Source: an uncultured Chloroflexia bacterium
Lineage (GTDB): Bacteria; Chloroflexota; Anaerolineae; B4-G1; SLSP01
DNA: 63,521 bases
Assembly: GCA_963751345.1 (NCBI GenBank)
Contig: CAVVUS010000036.1
Coordinates: 1-63,521, forward strand
Reading direction: 5' to 3'
The number at the start of each line of letters is the position of its first letter. The first letter of the stretch is position 1. Below are positions 20,751 through 31,408 of this stretch, piece by piece. The notes below the pieces were generated by a model. The model was given only the letters and a program-made list of their open reading frames with translations. It searched no databases and had not been told where the DNA came from. The position numbers and the translations under genes are program-made.

Positions 20751-21203
20751 CTACAGCGTTCCCTGCGCGGGGGGCTTTATTGTGCGTCCACAATAGGGAC
20801 AGATGTGCCACTGCTTCACCAGAGGGTGGTTGCAGGCAGGACAGCGGAACGCCGGCTCGATGTCGGCGAACCGCGGTGGCCGGCTGACATGCCTGGCGAG
20901 CATGATCAGCAGTGCAATGTGCCCCGCGGGAAGCGCAAGTAGCACGGTTCCGATGAGGACAGTGCCAGCTACGTCTATGGGATCAACAGGACCAGCCGTT
21001 CCACACCAAGGGCAGTAGGCGCGCAGGCCGGATTCGGCTTCTTCGTCCTGGGGCTGAATGGGTTCGAACCCACGAGTCACTGGTCCCCGATTGACCGCAA
21101 ACAACAGCAGGCCGACGATGACGATACCGGTCACAATTGTCAGGTACGCCAGGCGTTTAGCACGTTTGCGCATCTTGTTGCGCCCTCCGCCGGGCGCTCT
21201 CAC
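20751..21203 (-). CDS. Zinc-ribbon membrane protein
   Basis: Two TM segments, CPWCG and CPACNH...CPYCG. Confidence 0.65.
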   Translation of the reverse strand: MRAPGGGRNKMRKRAKRLAYLTIVTGIVIVGLLLFAVNRGPVTRGFEPIQPQDEEAESGLRAYCPWCGTAGPVDPIDVAGTVLIGTVLLALPAGHIALLIMLARHVSRPPRFADIEPAFRCPACNHPLVKQWHICPYCGRTIKPPAQGTL

Positions 21204-22545
21204 GTTTGTGTGCCTTCGACCTCTGTCTCGGGACCATAGGGTGGCTCGGTGGCGGTGGGCGTGACCAGCACCTTGTCAATGCGCCGCCCGTCCATGTCCA
21301 CGATCTCAAAGCGCAGCCCGTGCCAGTAGAAGTGTGCTCCCTCGGTGGGAAGACCGTCGAGTTCTGCCATCACGAAGCCACTCACCGTCTGATAGCCGCG
21401 GTAGGTACCGTCCATCTTCGCTTCGAGGTCGAGGATCTCCCAAAGCAAGTCGATGCGTAAAGGCCGTCGACGAGCCACGTTCCATCTTCGCGCTGCACGG
21501 CTTGGGGTTCTTCCGGCTCATCCTCCGAGGGAATCTCGCCGACGATTGCCTCCAGGATGTCCATGTCCGTGACCATCCCCTGGACGCTGCCGTATTCGTC
21601 GGTCACCAGCGCGATGTGGTTTCCTTCCTGCTTGAAGAGCTCCAGCACCCGCAGTGTCGACATACTCTCGGGGACGAAGAGCACCGGTCTCAGCGAGGCG
21701 CGCAGATCAAAGGGCTCGCCCTTGAGGTGCCGGACGACCATATCCTTTGCGTATAGGATGCCCTGTACGTTGTCGGGATCGCCCTCTATCACCGGGAAGC
21801 GGGAGTGCTGCGCCTCCAGCAATACGTCTCGGATCTGGGATTCGGGATCTTCCAGATCGATCCACATAATCTGGGTGCGGGGCGTCATAAACGCGTCGAC
21901 GCGCCGCTCGTCCAACCTCAGGACACTCTCGATCATGTCCTGTTCGGACTCCTCGAAGACCCCCATCTCGGTGCCCTGCTCGATGAGCACCTCGATTTCC
22001 TCGGATGTGACGTCGCGGGCGTCGGATGGCTTGACGCCCATCAGCTCGAGGACGCCATCTGTCGACACGCTGAGCAGCCAGACAATGGGGCGGGCGATAT
22101 TGGAGAGGGTCTTCATCGGCGCGGCCACGTATCCTGCGATGCGCTCCGCATCGGCAAGCGCCAGCCGTTTCGGGACCAGTTCGCCGATCACCAGCGAAAC
22201 ATAGGTGACGCCGATGACGACGACGACGATCGAGATCGACTGCGCATAGGGTATGAGAGCAGGGATCTTGGCGAGGGCAGCTGCGAGCGCACGAGCTAGG
22301 GTTGCCTGCCCGTAGGCGCCGGCCAGGATGCCGACCAGCGTGATGCCTATCTGAACCGTCGACAGGAAGTCCGTTGGCGCGCTTGACAGAACCAGTGCGG
22401 CCTCGGCACGCTTGTTCCCGCTCTCGGCGGCTTGCCGCAAGCGCGCCTTGCGGGCAGAGATGACGGCGATTTCGGACATCGCCAAGAGACCATTGAAGAC
22501 GGCCAATAATAAGATAATAACAATTTGCCAGACCGGACTCGCCAT
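21200..22545 (-). CDS. Hemolysin/CNNM family (DUF21-CBS-CorC) protein, frameshifted near 21460
   Basis: FLSTVQIGIT, GELVPKRLA, MTPR, DEYGSVQG, REDGTWLVDG, DMDGRRIDKV. Confidence 0.92.
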
Positions 22546-22614
22546 GCGCTCCTCTCACAACCCCTCAATCGACTGCCCCCGTTGTCGGTTACCTCTCTAG
22601 TTTACACCATTTTC

Positions 22615-23581
22615 TCATTGATTCCCCTGGCGATACGCCTCGAGTATCGCTCCGATTACCTCGTCATTTTCGCGATAGAAGGGATCGTCTGTGTTGGTGC
22701 GGCGGATGCACCATGCCAGACCGCCGACGGCGTTGTGGAGCCGGTAGTAAGGCAGCGTACGTGCCAGGTCGGGATGCGGTCGGATGGCATCGTATCCGGC
22801 GAGGAAGGCATCCCGACTGCCGGCAAGAGTATCAAAGAGTGCGTGGCTGACCTTCACGAAGTCAAAGTCCGCCGAACCGCCACGGGCAGACTCGAAATCG
22901 ATCAAGCCCGTGATCCGCCCATCCTCGACAAGGACGTTGGCCGGCCGGAAATCGGCGTGGACCCAGCACGGTCCATCGGGTGCGGGCAGATCGGCGCTCA
23001 AGGCCGCGAAGACACCCTCGATCTCTGCCAGCTTTCGCTGGGGGACAACGCCTGTGCAGGTGCGGATCCAGAGTTGGAATCGTTCGTCCATTATGTCCCA
23101 CCAGTCCGGTGGCTCGCCGGCAATCGGGCGCGTGGACTTCGCCGAAGGCAGCGACGCGGTGGGCGTGGAGCGCTGCAAGCAGCGCGCCCATCTGCCGCAC
23201 GAGGTCGAGTGTGCCGTGCTCCTCGAGCGAGAGGTCGAGCGCGGTGCCGGGAAGCCGCGACAAGAGCAAGGCGCCGGGCGCCTCAGTTCTGGGGATCCAG
23301 ACATCGATCACCTCGGGCACCGGCAGATCGGCAGCCAGGGCACGCAAAGCGGTCATCTCGCGGAAGAGCTTGACCCTGGTGTACGGGATTTTGAGGACGA
23401 GGCGCTCACCGTCGGTCAGCGTGATGAGCCGTACGGTCGAGCTATACGACTCCGCCGGGGCCACCATCTCGGCGATGTCGAGACCGAAGTGAGCGACGGC
23501 TGTCATGACGGAATCTGTCTCGGGTTCAGCATCGGGCACTTGGGCAGCCTCACTTCGTCTATGGCGGATAGGTATGATCAT
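22615..23581 (-). CDS. Aminoglycoside phosphotransferase-like kinase, frameshifted; start uncertain
   Basis: LVLK, LPVPEV, LAALH, HADFRPANV, LIDFE. Confidence 0.8.
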
Positions 23582-23738
23582 ACTGTGTTATAGGCTGTTC
23601 CGGCCGGAACGCCACCGGTTTTCACCGACTTGCGCTGCACTGCGGCTTCACAGAAACCACATCATACATTCAGCATTCCTTAAGATTCGTCTGGTACGCT
23701 GATCGTGGAACACAACATCTATCGTAGGAGCATGTCCA

Positions 23739-24506
23739 ATGGTCAAACCGAACGTGAATTACTGGACCGATGTGGGAATCGGCGCTGCCTTTGGGGTGAG
23801 CGCCGTAAGTGGCCTGGTCTTTCTACTTCCCGCGGGCGGGGAGAGTGCCGGCGGTGGGGTACTGGGGTTGTCATATCGTGTATGGGACCAGGTGCACCTG
23901 TGGGCCAGCCTGGCAATGATCGCGGGCGTCCTCGTACACCTGGTACTGCACACCAAATGGGTCGTCTGTATGACCCAGCGGGTCCTCGCCAAGGCCAGGC
24001 GGAGCCCTGCTGCTGACGCCTGCCCGACCCCGCGCACCACGCCTCCTATTCCGCGCCGACGTTTCCTCTACCTGGGTGGCATCACCCTGGCTGCCGGGAC
24101 GGTGCTGGCGACCTGCGGCACCCTCACCGGTGTTCTGACCCGGGTCGCCGATGCCGAGGGTGGGTCCGATGATCTCGCATCGTCGGACCTGAAGTCGGAC
24201 ACAGATGGGGAGGTCGATCTCACCGCTCAACCTCTGGGCGACGACAGCAATGATCCCGGCGAGACGAGTCTGCCTGAGGTCTCCGCGTCTGACGATCTTG
24301 CTGTGGTCGAACCTACGCTCACGCCTGTGCCGGCGGAGGCGCTGCCCGTCTCCGACCCGACCGCGACGCCCGATGCGCCGGTGCGGACCTGCTTGGATTG
24401 CCCGCGAGGTGTGGTGAATGACCCCTATCCGGGCCGGTGCCGGCTCTACATCGATCGCGATGGGGATCGTATCTGTGACCGGTCGATTCCCTACGTCTGT
24501 GGTTGA
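23739..24506 (+). CDS. DUF4405-like membrane protein with internal twin-arginine motif and C-terminal Cys motif
   Basis: NYWTD...HLWAS...VHLVLHTKW, then PRRRFLYLGG and CPRGVVNDPYPGRCRLYIDRDGDRICD. Confidence 0.7.
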   Translation: MVKPNVNYWTDVGIGAAFGVSAVSGLVFLLPAGGESAGGGVLGLSYRVWDQVHLWASLAMIAGVLVHLVLHTKWVVCMTQRVLAKARRSPAADACPTPRTTPPIPRRRFLYLGGITLAAGTVLATCGTLTGVLTRVADAEGGSDDLASSDLKSDTDGEVDLTAQPLGDDSNDPGETSLPEVSASDDLAVVEPTLTPVPAEALPVSDPTATPDAPVRTCLDCPRGVVNDPYPGRCRLYIDRDGDRICDRSIPYVCG

Positions 24507-24514
24507 TGCTGTCC

Positions 24515-24883
24515 TCAACCCGTGACTCTGCGGATGGACATTGCCAACCCGTTGGCCAGTTTGTCACCCTCAACCACGATGGCGAGGCAGCCCTTCGATC
24601 CGGCGCGCGTCTCATGACGCTCGCCGCGGTTCCAGAAGGCCGCGCTGCCCGGCACAATGTCAATGGCGTCGCCATCGTCGCCGGAGACGCGGGCGCCGCC
24701 CTGGAGGACGATCATCAGTTGATCGGTCGCCACCTTGTGGGCGCCCAGAACACCCTCCGGCTCGATCTGGAGGAGCGCGACGTGCCACGCCCTCAGGCTG
24801 ATCAGAGTGGAGATCCTGACTCCGGTGGAGCCGAAGTCCGTAATTAGCTTGCCTTTGTTGAGGCCTGTATCGTAAACCTGCAT
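24515..24883 (-). CDS. Cupin domain protein
   Basis: GAHK...QLMIVLQG...PGSAAFWNRGERHET. Confidence 0.75.
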   Translation of the reverse strand: MQVYDTGLNKGKLITDFGSTGVRISTLISLRAWHVALLQIEPEGVLGAHKVATDQLMIVLQGGARVSGDDGDAIDIVPGSAAFWNRGERHETRAGSKGCLAIVVEGDKLANGLAMSIRRVTG

Positions 24884-24895
24884 ATGAGAGACTCC

Positions 24896-25531
24896 TTAAG
24901 TTGGGTGAACCGACGTCGTCAGGTCCAGGGCAGCCCTGATATCCTGGGCGATCATCGTGCGCTTGGTCTTCTCGATGAAGAAACTTGGGCCCGCCTGCAG
25001 ATAGGAGGGAAAGGCGCGGGCCCCTCGCCAGGTGTAGACCGGACCGCGAATCTTGTAGGTCGATCCCGCTGGAATCACGCGGCCCTCGCCGGCACGTCTA
25101 GCGATCGCGTTCATAGCCTTGATGGCGGCGTCGCCCATCAACAGATAGGCCTGCACATTGGGGAAGTATGCCAGTTCTCGCTCTAGGATCTCCGAGCAAG
25201 CGTTGATGGTCGCGGCTTTCATTGTGTAACCCATCTTGGCACATTTCACCGCTGTTGTCATATAGACGCCGAGGTCAAGGATGTCCTGGAGCGAAGCGGT
25301 TTCGGCGCCGGCATCCTGGAAGGCCAGTACCGTGGTCTGTTCAAAGAGCGAGCCGGATTGTGGCGTGCCATCAGCGTAGTAATAGTCCCCCGGATCGTCC
25401 GGCACAGCTTCGGAGATCAGGACAATCTTGACGTAGGCCGGGTCCAGATCGACGTCGGGTATCCGATAGGCCACGTGGTTTACGTCGGCACACGGGAACT
25501 CCTTGCATCCTATACACTCACCTATACGCAT
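24896..25531 (-). CDS. Uracil-DNA glycosylase-like family protein
   Basis: ISEAVP, TTAVKCAK, INACSEILEREL, GGAGG RBS. Confidence 0.7.
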   Translation of the reverse strand: MRIGECIGCKEFPCADVNHVAYRIPDVDLDPAYVKIVLISEAVPDDPGDYYYADGTPQSGSLFEQTTVLAFQDAGAETASLQDILDLGVYMTTAVKCAKMGYTMKAATINACSEILERELAYFPNVQAYLLMGDAAIKAMNAIARRAGEGRVIPAGSTYKIRGPVYTWRGARAFPSYLQAGPSFFIEKTKRTMIAQDIRAALDLTTSVHPT

Positions 25532-25561
25532 GAAACCTCCTTTGTGGCAGCTAGCCTCCAT

Positions 25562-26716
25562 CTAGCCTCCATGACCAGGGAGTCCGGCACTCGACAGCCA
25601 TGGCGCCCATCTCAAGATCGGAACGAGCCACATCACCGTTGGTACCACGGAGTAGCCCAGAGCCAGAGGTCTCGATGCTCGCCAGAGTGAAGGTAGCAGC
25701 AGTGTCAAGGAGAGTATCATTCCCCCCGCGTTCCGCCCTGCATGCATGATATGGGAGTATACATCAGACGGCAATAGCAGCACGAAGATGGTGTGGAGCA
25801 GCAACCAGATAGGTACGATCGCAGTCGAATGCCTCCGCAGGCACCGCAGCGAAATCGGGAACAAGACCACCGCGGCAAGTGCGACGAGGACGGCAGCGGA
25901 GAGGCCTCCAGGTTCGGTGCTCCACCCACGTATGACACCCAGCAACGGCACCGGCTCCAGGGATGGGCCGGAAAGAAACGGTATCTCACCGAGGCGCACG
26001 TACAAGTAGGCCTCCCAGCATGCCAGCGGCGCCGCGGTGAGTGCTGCCCCAACCGCTAGGCGGATCTTCCCCCGGTAGATCGACACCGCCACGGCGCCGA
26101 CAGGGAAGATCAGCGTGATCTCTTTCGCCAGGGCGGCGAGACTCCAGCTGACAATCGCCAGACTGTAGTCCTCTCGGAGCCACATCACTGCACCCAGGGC
26201 AGCCAGACAAAGGGCGAGTGGCTCGGTTAGGTCTCGCGAGTAGGGCATCAGCGTACCGACAAAAAGGGTGTAGGTCAGGGCGTACCAGGGAGATGTGGCC
26301 TGGCCGGAGAGCCAGTGCGCCAAGATGGCGGTGGCTGCAATGATCGAAACAGCGTTCACGAGGATGATGATCCAGGGTACCAGCACAGGCATTCCAAGGG
26401 AGAGCACGCGTACTACGACAGGCGTCAGGATGCGCTGGAGGCGGTAGGCCGGATTGTCGAGGTGCGGCACGGCGCCCCATCCGTCGCGTGCTATATAGAG
26501 CACAAACTGGCCATCGTATCCGGTGGTGCCCTCAGGGGCCAATTGCGCGTATCTATCCCCCTGCCAGGCAAACCACAGCGGGTCCCGGCCATGCGTCGCC
26601 AGGGCGAGACCTGTGAACAGGACGTAGAAGCCGATGGCGAAGAGCGTGACAGTGCACCAACTGCCCGCTTGCTTGGTGATGCGATTACTCTGGGGATGAG
26701 CCGGATTACGCAGCAT
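25562..26716 (-). CDS. Polytopic membrane protein, probable GT-C glycosyltransferase
   Basis: GYDGQF..IARD, AYRLQRIL, DLTEPL, ALAKE, many TM helices. Confidence 0.7.
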   Translation of the reverse strand: MLRNPAHPQSNRITKQAGSWCTVTLFAIGFYVLFTGLALATHGRDPLWFAWQGDRYAQLAPEGTTGYDGQFVLYIARDGWGAVPHLDNPAYRLQRILTPVVVRVLSLGMPVLVPWIIILVNAVSIIAATAILAHWLSGQATSPWYALTYTLFVGTLMPYSRDLTEPLALCLAALGAVMWLREDYSLAIVSWSLAALAKEITLIFPVGAVAVSIYRGKIRLAVGAALTAAPLACWEAYLYVRLGEIPFLSGPSLEPVPLLGVIRGWSTEPGGLSAAVLVALAAVVLFPISLRCLRRHSTAIVPIWLLLHTIFVLLLPSDVYSHIMHAGRNAGGMILSLTLLLPSLWRASRPLALGYSVVPTVMWLVPILRWAPWLSSAGLPGHGG

Positions 26717-26719
26717 TCG

Positions 26720-27448
26720 CTACACGCCAGACTGCGTCAGTTCCTCTACCAGCTCGGGCAGTTGGCCAATATCCGCTAACTCGAAGTACCGGTCGTTGTC
26801 GGTGGGTGGGGCGTCTACCCACTCGTGGGACCACAACACGTCAGAGGGAACGTAGACGCCGTACCCACCGAGTGCCAGCACCGGGAGAATGTCCGACTTC
26901 AGTGAATTGCCGACCATCAGGAAATGCTCGGGCGCGAGTCTGTGTTTGGCGAGCAGCCGCCGGTAGACATCTTCGGTTTTGCTGCCGACGACCTCTACGT
27001 AAGGGAAGGCGTCGAGAAGTCCGGAGCGCGCGAGCTTGGGCATCTGCTCGGAGGCGTCCCCCTTGGTGATGACCATCAACCTATGTTCAGCCGCCAATGC
27101 GTGGACGGTGTCGTGAACGTGCTCCAGTAGCTCTACATCGGCGGACAGCATCCCCCTGGCGAGGTCCACGATCTCGAGGATCTCGGTGCCCTTGATCTGT
27201 CCATCGGTCAGCTTGACGGCGGCCTCGATCATCGAGAGCGTGAACGACTTGACCCCGTAGCCGTAGACACCGATATTGCCGACCTCGATCTCGTCCAGGT
27301 CGGCTTCCAGCGTCGTAGCGTCGATGTAGCGACCCAACACTACAGCAAGCTTGTGCTTCGCGTCGCTGTAGAGATGCTCCGTATGCCATAGGGTGTCGTC
27401 AGCATCGAAGGCAATGACGTCGAGTATGACAGGTGACGTCACGGGCAC
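26720..27448 (-). CDS. HAD-superfamily hydrolase
   Basis: FDADDTLW, ITKGD, MVGNSLKSDILP. Confidence 0.9.
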   Translation of the reverse strand: MPVTSPVILDVIAFDADDTLWHTEHLYSDAKHKLAVVLGRYIDATTLEADLDEIEVGNIGVYGYGVKSFTLSMIEAAVKLTDGQIKGTEILEIVDLARGMLSADVELLEHVHDTVHALAAEHRLMVITKGDASEQMPKLARSGLLDAFPYVEVVGSKTEDVYRRLLAKHRLAPEHFLMVGNSLKSDILPVLALGGYGVYVPSDVLWSHEWVDAPPTDNDRYFELADIGQLPELVEELTQSGV

Positions 27449-27449
27449 T

Positions 27450-28103
27450 TCACAGCGTCCTGCGCCCGGCGATGTCGTAGGCCTTGGCGGGTGTCCGGGA
27501 CGCCGGACTGGCGGGATACTCTTCCGCCAGCATTGTCCACAGCATGCCGTCGGAGAAGACTCCATTGCCCTCATTCAAGCATTGTCGCAGGGTAGCCTCG
27601 TGGACGTAGCCGAGCTTTCTCGCGACGGCGGCACTGCGGATGTTGTGGGGCAGGCAGTAGATGTCGACTCTGCGCACGTGGTCGACTTCGAAGGCGACTC
27701 TGGTCAGAGCACCGGCCACTTCGGTGGCATATCCGTGGCCGATATGGTCCACGTGGACCCAGTAGCCGATCTCGCGCACATCGTCGCCGCGGCGGGTGTG
27801 GAGGCCGGTACCGCCGACAACCGAGGTCTCGTCGGCGCTGAGGATCCCGTAGGTGAAGTCTTGGTCTAGGTCAAACTCTCCTCGCCACCGCCGCACGAGC
27901 GCGAGGGTGTTGTCGAGAGTGGGCCGATCGCCTCGAGCCCAGGGCATCCAGGGCGCCAGGTGGTCCCAACTCCGGTGGATGGCCGCATTCAGCAGAGCTG
28001 CGTCGTCAGGGCCCCAGCAGCGGACGACGAGACGCTCGGTCTCGACGCGATAGGCCGGACGTGATCCGCCATTTCCCGGTGGGGTGCCGGTCGTCGCGGT
28101 CAC
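27450..28103 (-). CDS. GNAT acetyltransferase (RimJ/RimL family)
   Basis: ETERLVVR, EIGYW, GHGYATE, NIRSAAVARKLG. Confidence 0.9.
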   Translation of the reverse strand: MTATTGTPPGNGGSRPAYRVETERLVVRCWGPDDAALLNAAIHRSWDHLAPWMPWARGDRPTLDNTLALVRRWRGEFDLDQDFTYGILSADETSVVGGTGLHTRRGDDVREIGYWVHVDHIGHGYATEVAGALTRVAFEVDHVRRVDIYCLPHNIRSAAVARKLGYVHEATLRQCLNEGNGVFSDGMLWTMLAEEYPASPASRTPAKAYDIAGRRTL

Positions 28104-28986
28104 GCTTCGAGCCCCTCAGTTGGGTTCTCCGCTACCCGGCGCAGGTAATCACAATAGCCGTTCTGGTCCGAGTAGTTCGCGATGCGGAGCAGTTGCTCCG
28201 CTCCGATGTAGCCTTTCTTGTAGGCGATCTCCTCGATGCAGCCGATCTTCAGGCCTTGCCGGTGCTCGATGGTCTGGACGAAGTCGCTGGCCTCCAGCAG
28301 GCTCTCGTGTGTGCCCGTGTCGAGCCACGCAAAACCGCGACCCAGAAGCTGAACGTTCAGCTTGCCGAGCTTCAGATACTCGTTATTGAGGTCGGTGATC
28401 TCGAGTTCTCCCCGTGCCGAGGGCCGCAGGGCTTTGGCCAGATCCACGACGTGCTTGTCGTAGAAGTAGAGCCCTGTCACTGCGTAGTTGGATTTCGGGC
28501 GCCTGGGCTTCTCCTCGATACTCAGCGCCCGGCATTGCTCGTCGAACTCTACGACGCCGTAGCGCTCCGGATCCTGTACGTAATAGGCGAAAACCAGGCC
28601 ACCGTCCTCGATCCTGCCGGCTTCCGTCAGCATATCCGAAAGCCCATGTCCATAGAGGAAGTTGTCGCCCAGCATCAACGCACAGGGCTCTCCGGCGACG
28701 AACTCCTCGCCTATGATGAAGGATTGGGCAATGCCTTCCGGCCTGGGCTGAACCGCATACTCGATATGCAGGCCAAGCCTCTCGCCGTCGCCGAAGAGAT
28801 CCCTGTAGAGCTCGATGTGCTGGGGGTCGAGATGATCAGAAACTCCCGAATATCCGCCAGCATTAGCACCGACAAGGGATAGTAGATCATGGGCTTGTCG
28901 AAGATGGGCAGTATCTGTTTCGAGAGTGAGATTGTGAGTGGGTACAGACGTGTGCCCATGCCGCCGGAGAGTATGATACCTTTCAC
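28100..28986 (-). CDS. rfbA: Glucose-1-phosphate thymidylyltransferase, frameshifted near 28830
   Basis: [56 protein letters not shown]. Confidence 0.95.
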
Positions 28987-29120
28987 GTTGGCTCCTTTTC
29001 CGGAATCGCGTCGTGTGCTGAAGTATAGTCTGAGCCGGCCCCGCGTCAAATCTTCGGGTTGGGGTGGGTGTGCGCACGTTGTATAATGGGGGGAATAGCC
29101 TACAGGAAACGGAGGAGAGC

Positions 29121-30122
29121 ATGAACGAGCAACCTGTTCGATGGGGTGTGGTCGGCTGTGCGAATATCGCGATCAACCACGTGATTCCCTCGATGGAGGG
29201 AGCTGCACTGACCACACTGACGGCGATTGCCAGCCGTACGCTGAGCAAGGCGCAGGCGACGGCAGAGCGGTTCGGCATTCCGAAGGCCTATGGCTCCTAC
29301 GAGGCCATGCTGGCGGACCCGGAGATCGATGCGGTCTACATCCCGCTGCCCAACGGCCTGCACGCCGAGTGGAGCATCAAGGCGATGCGCGCGGGCAAGC
29401 ACGTGCTCTGCGAGAAGCCGATCACCGTCAACGCTGCCGAGGCGCGGGAGATCGAGGCCGTGCGGTCTGAGACCGGCCGGTACTGCCTGGAAGCTTACGC
29501 CTCTCGGTTCAACCCCGTTCAGGTTAAGGCTGTCGAGATCGCGCGATCGGGTGTTTTGGGCGAGTTGCGTTTTGTGCATACCATCGCGAGCTTTCTGATG
29601 GCGAACCCGGACCCGGCGGATGTGCGACTGCAGGCTGACATCGGGGGCGGCGCGCTCTACGATATCGGATGCTATGCCGTCGACGCGCAAAGGCGGTTGA
29701 TGGGGCGAATGCCGGTGACGGTTTCGGCGAGGATGCAGTGGTCGTCGCGCTTTGATGTCGATATGGCGGGCGTGGCGATGCTTGACTACGGCGACGGCGC
29801 CATGGGCACGCTGCAGTGGGGGTTCAATGCGCCGTGGGGTGGGCCCTTCAGCCTCGTGGGGGTCAAGGGTAAGCTCACCGGCCCCTATGGGTGGGGAGCG
29901 CCGGCGGGTGAGCCCGCAATGCTTCTGCAGACGGGGCGGGAGGCTGAGAAGATCACGGTCGGAGGACACGTCAATGGCTATACTGCCGAGGTCCAGGATC
30001 TGAGCGAAGCTGTGCGTGGACTTCACGCTCCGGCCTTTGCTGCGGAGTCGCTGGAGGAGAATATGCGCATCATCGACGCGCTCTACGCGTCGCAGCGCAG
30101 CGGGCAGACGGAGGCGGTGTAG
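29121..30122 (+). CDS. Gfo/Idh/MocA family oxidoreductase
   Basis: [34 protein letters not shown]. Confidence 0.92.
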   Translation: MNEQPVRWGVVGCANIAINHVIPSMEGAALTTLTAIASRTLSKAQATAERFGIPKAYGSYEAMLADPEIDAVYIPLPNGLHAEWSIKAMRAGKHVLCEKPITVNAAEAREIEAVRSETGRYCLEAYASRFNPVQVKAVEIARSGVLGELRFVHTIASFLMANPDPADVRLQADIGGGALYDIGCYAVDAQRRLMGRMPVTVSARMQWSSRFDVDMAGVAMLDYGDGAMGTLQWGFNAPWGGPFSLVGVKGKLTGPYGWGAPAGEPAMLLQTGREAEKITVGGHVNGYTAEVQDLSEAVRGLHAPAFAAESLEENMRIIDALYASQRSGQTEAV

Positions 30123-30133
30123 GAGTGGAAAGA

Positions 30134-30169
30134 AGCTTGGACCAATCTAGCACCAGATTGGTCCAAGCT
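30134..30169. terminator. Hairpin between convergent genes
   Basis: AGCTTGGACCAATCT-N6-AGATTGGTCCAAGCT, perfect 15-bp stem. Confidence 0.65.
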
Positions 30170-30182
30170 GTCTAGGAAGAGG

Positions 30183-31383
30183 TCAGCCGCTGGGAAATCG
30201 AGGACGGACGGGAGTACGCTTCCAGTCGGTGCGGTTGAAAAGGCCGGCGACGTTGGGGTCGTCGTCCTCGTGGTCAGTGTAGAATTCCTCGCCACCATCG
30301 GTGACCCAGCGGTGGTGCCATTGGTCTGACCCGGTTTCCACATCCCCTGTGAAAGGATTCACGAACTCCTCCTGGTTCATCAGGGTCAGATAGGCGTCGT
30401 TGTTGATCTCGGCGTTGGTGCGCGCCCGATGCTCGGTGATCTGACGATCGATTTGCTGGATCTGTTGCTGAATCTCCAGCATTCGCCGGTTCCTGGCGTG
30501 CTCGGCTTGCTGGGCACTGAGGAAGTGTCCGGAGAGAATCTCCTGGCCGGCGATCTCGCGGGCGATCCAGGCCGGATCGAGCTTGACCGACTCGCGGATG
30601 TGGTGAAGCAGCGGCTCCATCTGCGCCAGTTGACCCTCGGGCGCGCGAAGGAGGAGGGTGTCCTTGTTGCTCCACATTCCCGCCGCGATGGCGCCCATAT
30701 TCTCGATGACCGTGTAAGCCTTCTCTTCGAAGCGTTGTCCGTCCTCTGTGTAGGTGAAAACGACCGTCGCACCGTCATAGCTAAAGTTCAGAGGGGGAGC
30801 CGAAGGCGGCCATACGTTGGCGGTAGGCCTGCACGAGCAACGGCTCCGAGCGCTGGCCGACGACCGAGACCGCCGAGGCAGCGGGATGGGCCCACGGGAA
30901 AGCGACCCGTACCAGGAAGTCGACCGCGGACATCACCGGCATGACGACCATCCCTTGGTAGCTGCTGCCCACCGGGAAGAACGCGCCCGCCATCGAGTAG
31001 CGCATGTCGCAGTACTTCACTTCGGGACACCATCGGATGGCGACCGTCCCCCGATCGTCCTGCTTAACGGTGAAGTCGATCTTGGCCTCGATGAACTGGG
31101 CGTTGATGGCCTGCCGGGCGAAGTCAGCACGAACGATCCCGCCGTCCAGCAGCCAGCCGTGCGGCACCGAGAGCGTGAAGGCGCTCTCGTGCGGTTCGCT
31201 CAAACGCTGGAAGAGCTTGCCCCCATCGGCGAGATTCCCGGCGCCTGGCGCATCGTTTAACGAGGCTGCCGCCGTCTCTTCAGGTTCCTCGTAGAGGTAG
31301 CGCTGGCAATATGGGCATTCCCGGGTGCCGGGCGCTATCGGTGCGCCGCAGGCCGGACAACTGAGGGCTCTCATTTTAGGCAT
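30183..31383 (-). CDS. Hypothetical protein with N-terminal zinc ribbon, frameshifted near 30785
   Basis: CPACGA...CPYC. ORFs 30781-31383 and 30183-30698 appear to join. Confidence 0.65.
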
Positions 31384-31408
31384 CGTTCGCCTCCGGGTCC
31401 TTCGGAAT

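Noticed and set aside
20744-20760. c-di-AMP (ydaO) riboswitch ahead of the KimA-like transporter
   Set aside because: The upstream gene ends only 6 bp away, leaving no leader.
25551-25572. Tandem 11-bp duplication CTAGCCTCCAT at a gene end (possible target-site scar)
   Set aside because: No associated element; could be slippage or an assembly artefact.
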